Below, piece after piece: positions 63,599 through 64,000 of a stretch of 64,000 bases of DNA. A model generated the notes under the pieces. That model did no database searches and was not told where the DNA came from. It saw only the letters and a list, made by a program, of their open reading frames with translations. This stretch comes from the human T2T-CHM13v2.0 reference genome, Homo sapiens. Made by a program: the position numbers and the translations under genes. The stretch is from assembly GCF_009914755.1 (NCBI RefSeq), contig NC_060937.1, one strand, 5' to 3'. The first letter of the stretch is position 1. Each line of letters begins with the position of its first letter.

Positions 63599-63732
63599 AA
63601 GAACATATATAAACATATATAAACATAAATAAATACTTCAAGGAACATTTAGGATAGATTTAGGATATATGAACATGTGGCAGGGTTGGAAAGAACATAA
63701 TTCTTTCCCAGAAGGGGAAGGGGGAGCTATAC

Positions 63733-63868
63733 TTAATCGGATCCAGCTACAACATCACTGGAAGTCATTTTCTCGCCAAAAAGTATCTCCACGGCAAAAT
63801 CTGATGGATAAATTCTCCGTGCTTTTTGTTTATGTAGATTATCCAATTCATTTTTTGGTAGATAAAGC
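63733..63868 (-). CDS. TPTE: Last coding exon of TPTE (transmembrane phosphatase with tensin homology), end of the C2 domain; the gene continues beyond the window. Missed by the ORF track.
   Basis: Polypyrimidine tract and AG acceptor (63870-63869), then (R)[47 protein letters not shown]. The [11 protein letters not shown] tail is characteristic of TPTE; TPTE2 ends at ...EILFGEK. Confidence 0.93.
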
Positions 63869-64000
63869 CTAAGAATAGAAAAAAATTATTACATTTTATA
63901 TTGGGGCTCACTGAAAAGCCACACAGTTGGGTACCCACGTTAGAGCTGGAAGAAACAAAAAAAGAACCTCACCATGAATAGAACCTCAGCCCTTTTTTTG

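Noticed and set aside
63669-63872. 67 aa plus-strand ORF in the track
   Set aside because: It is the antisense shadow of the real TPTE exon on the minus strand.

Overview
Human pericentromeric/short-arm DNA, most likely chromosome 21p11, placed by recognising IGHV1OR21-1 and the TPTE C-terminus from memory (no search run). From left to right: (1) about 17.6 kb of diverged Human Satellite 3, (GGAAT)n, with internal higher-order structure; (2) an abrupt junction to a transposed immunoglobulin heavy-chain V block holding one open orphon V gene (IGHV1OR21-1, with octamer, leader, intron and 23-RSS) and two decayed V pseudogenes; (3) a full-length but inactivated L1PA with an open antisense ORF0; (4) a roughly 10 kb AT-rich block bracketed by two GGGCAAAAAGCCG GC-rich repeat arrays; (5) the last two exons of an unprocessed SLC25A15 pseudogene, an old L1, and the last coding exon of TPTE on the minus strand. 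I see no evidence of a wholly new biological system. The best leads are the satellite substructure, the non-canonical CDR cysteines in the orphon V, the extended ORF0, an unexplained inverted repeat and several apparent duplication junctions. Repeat subfamily names are by eye and approximate.
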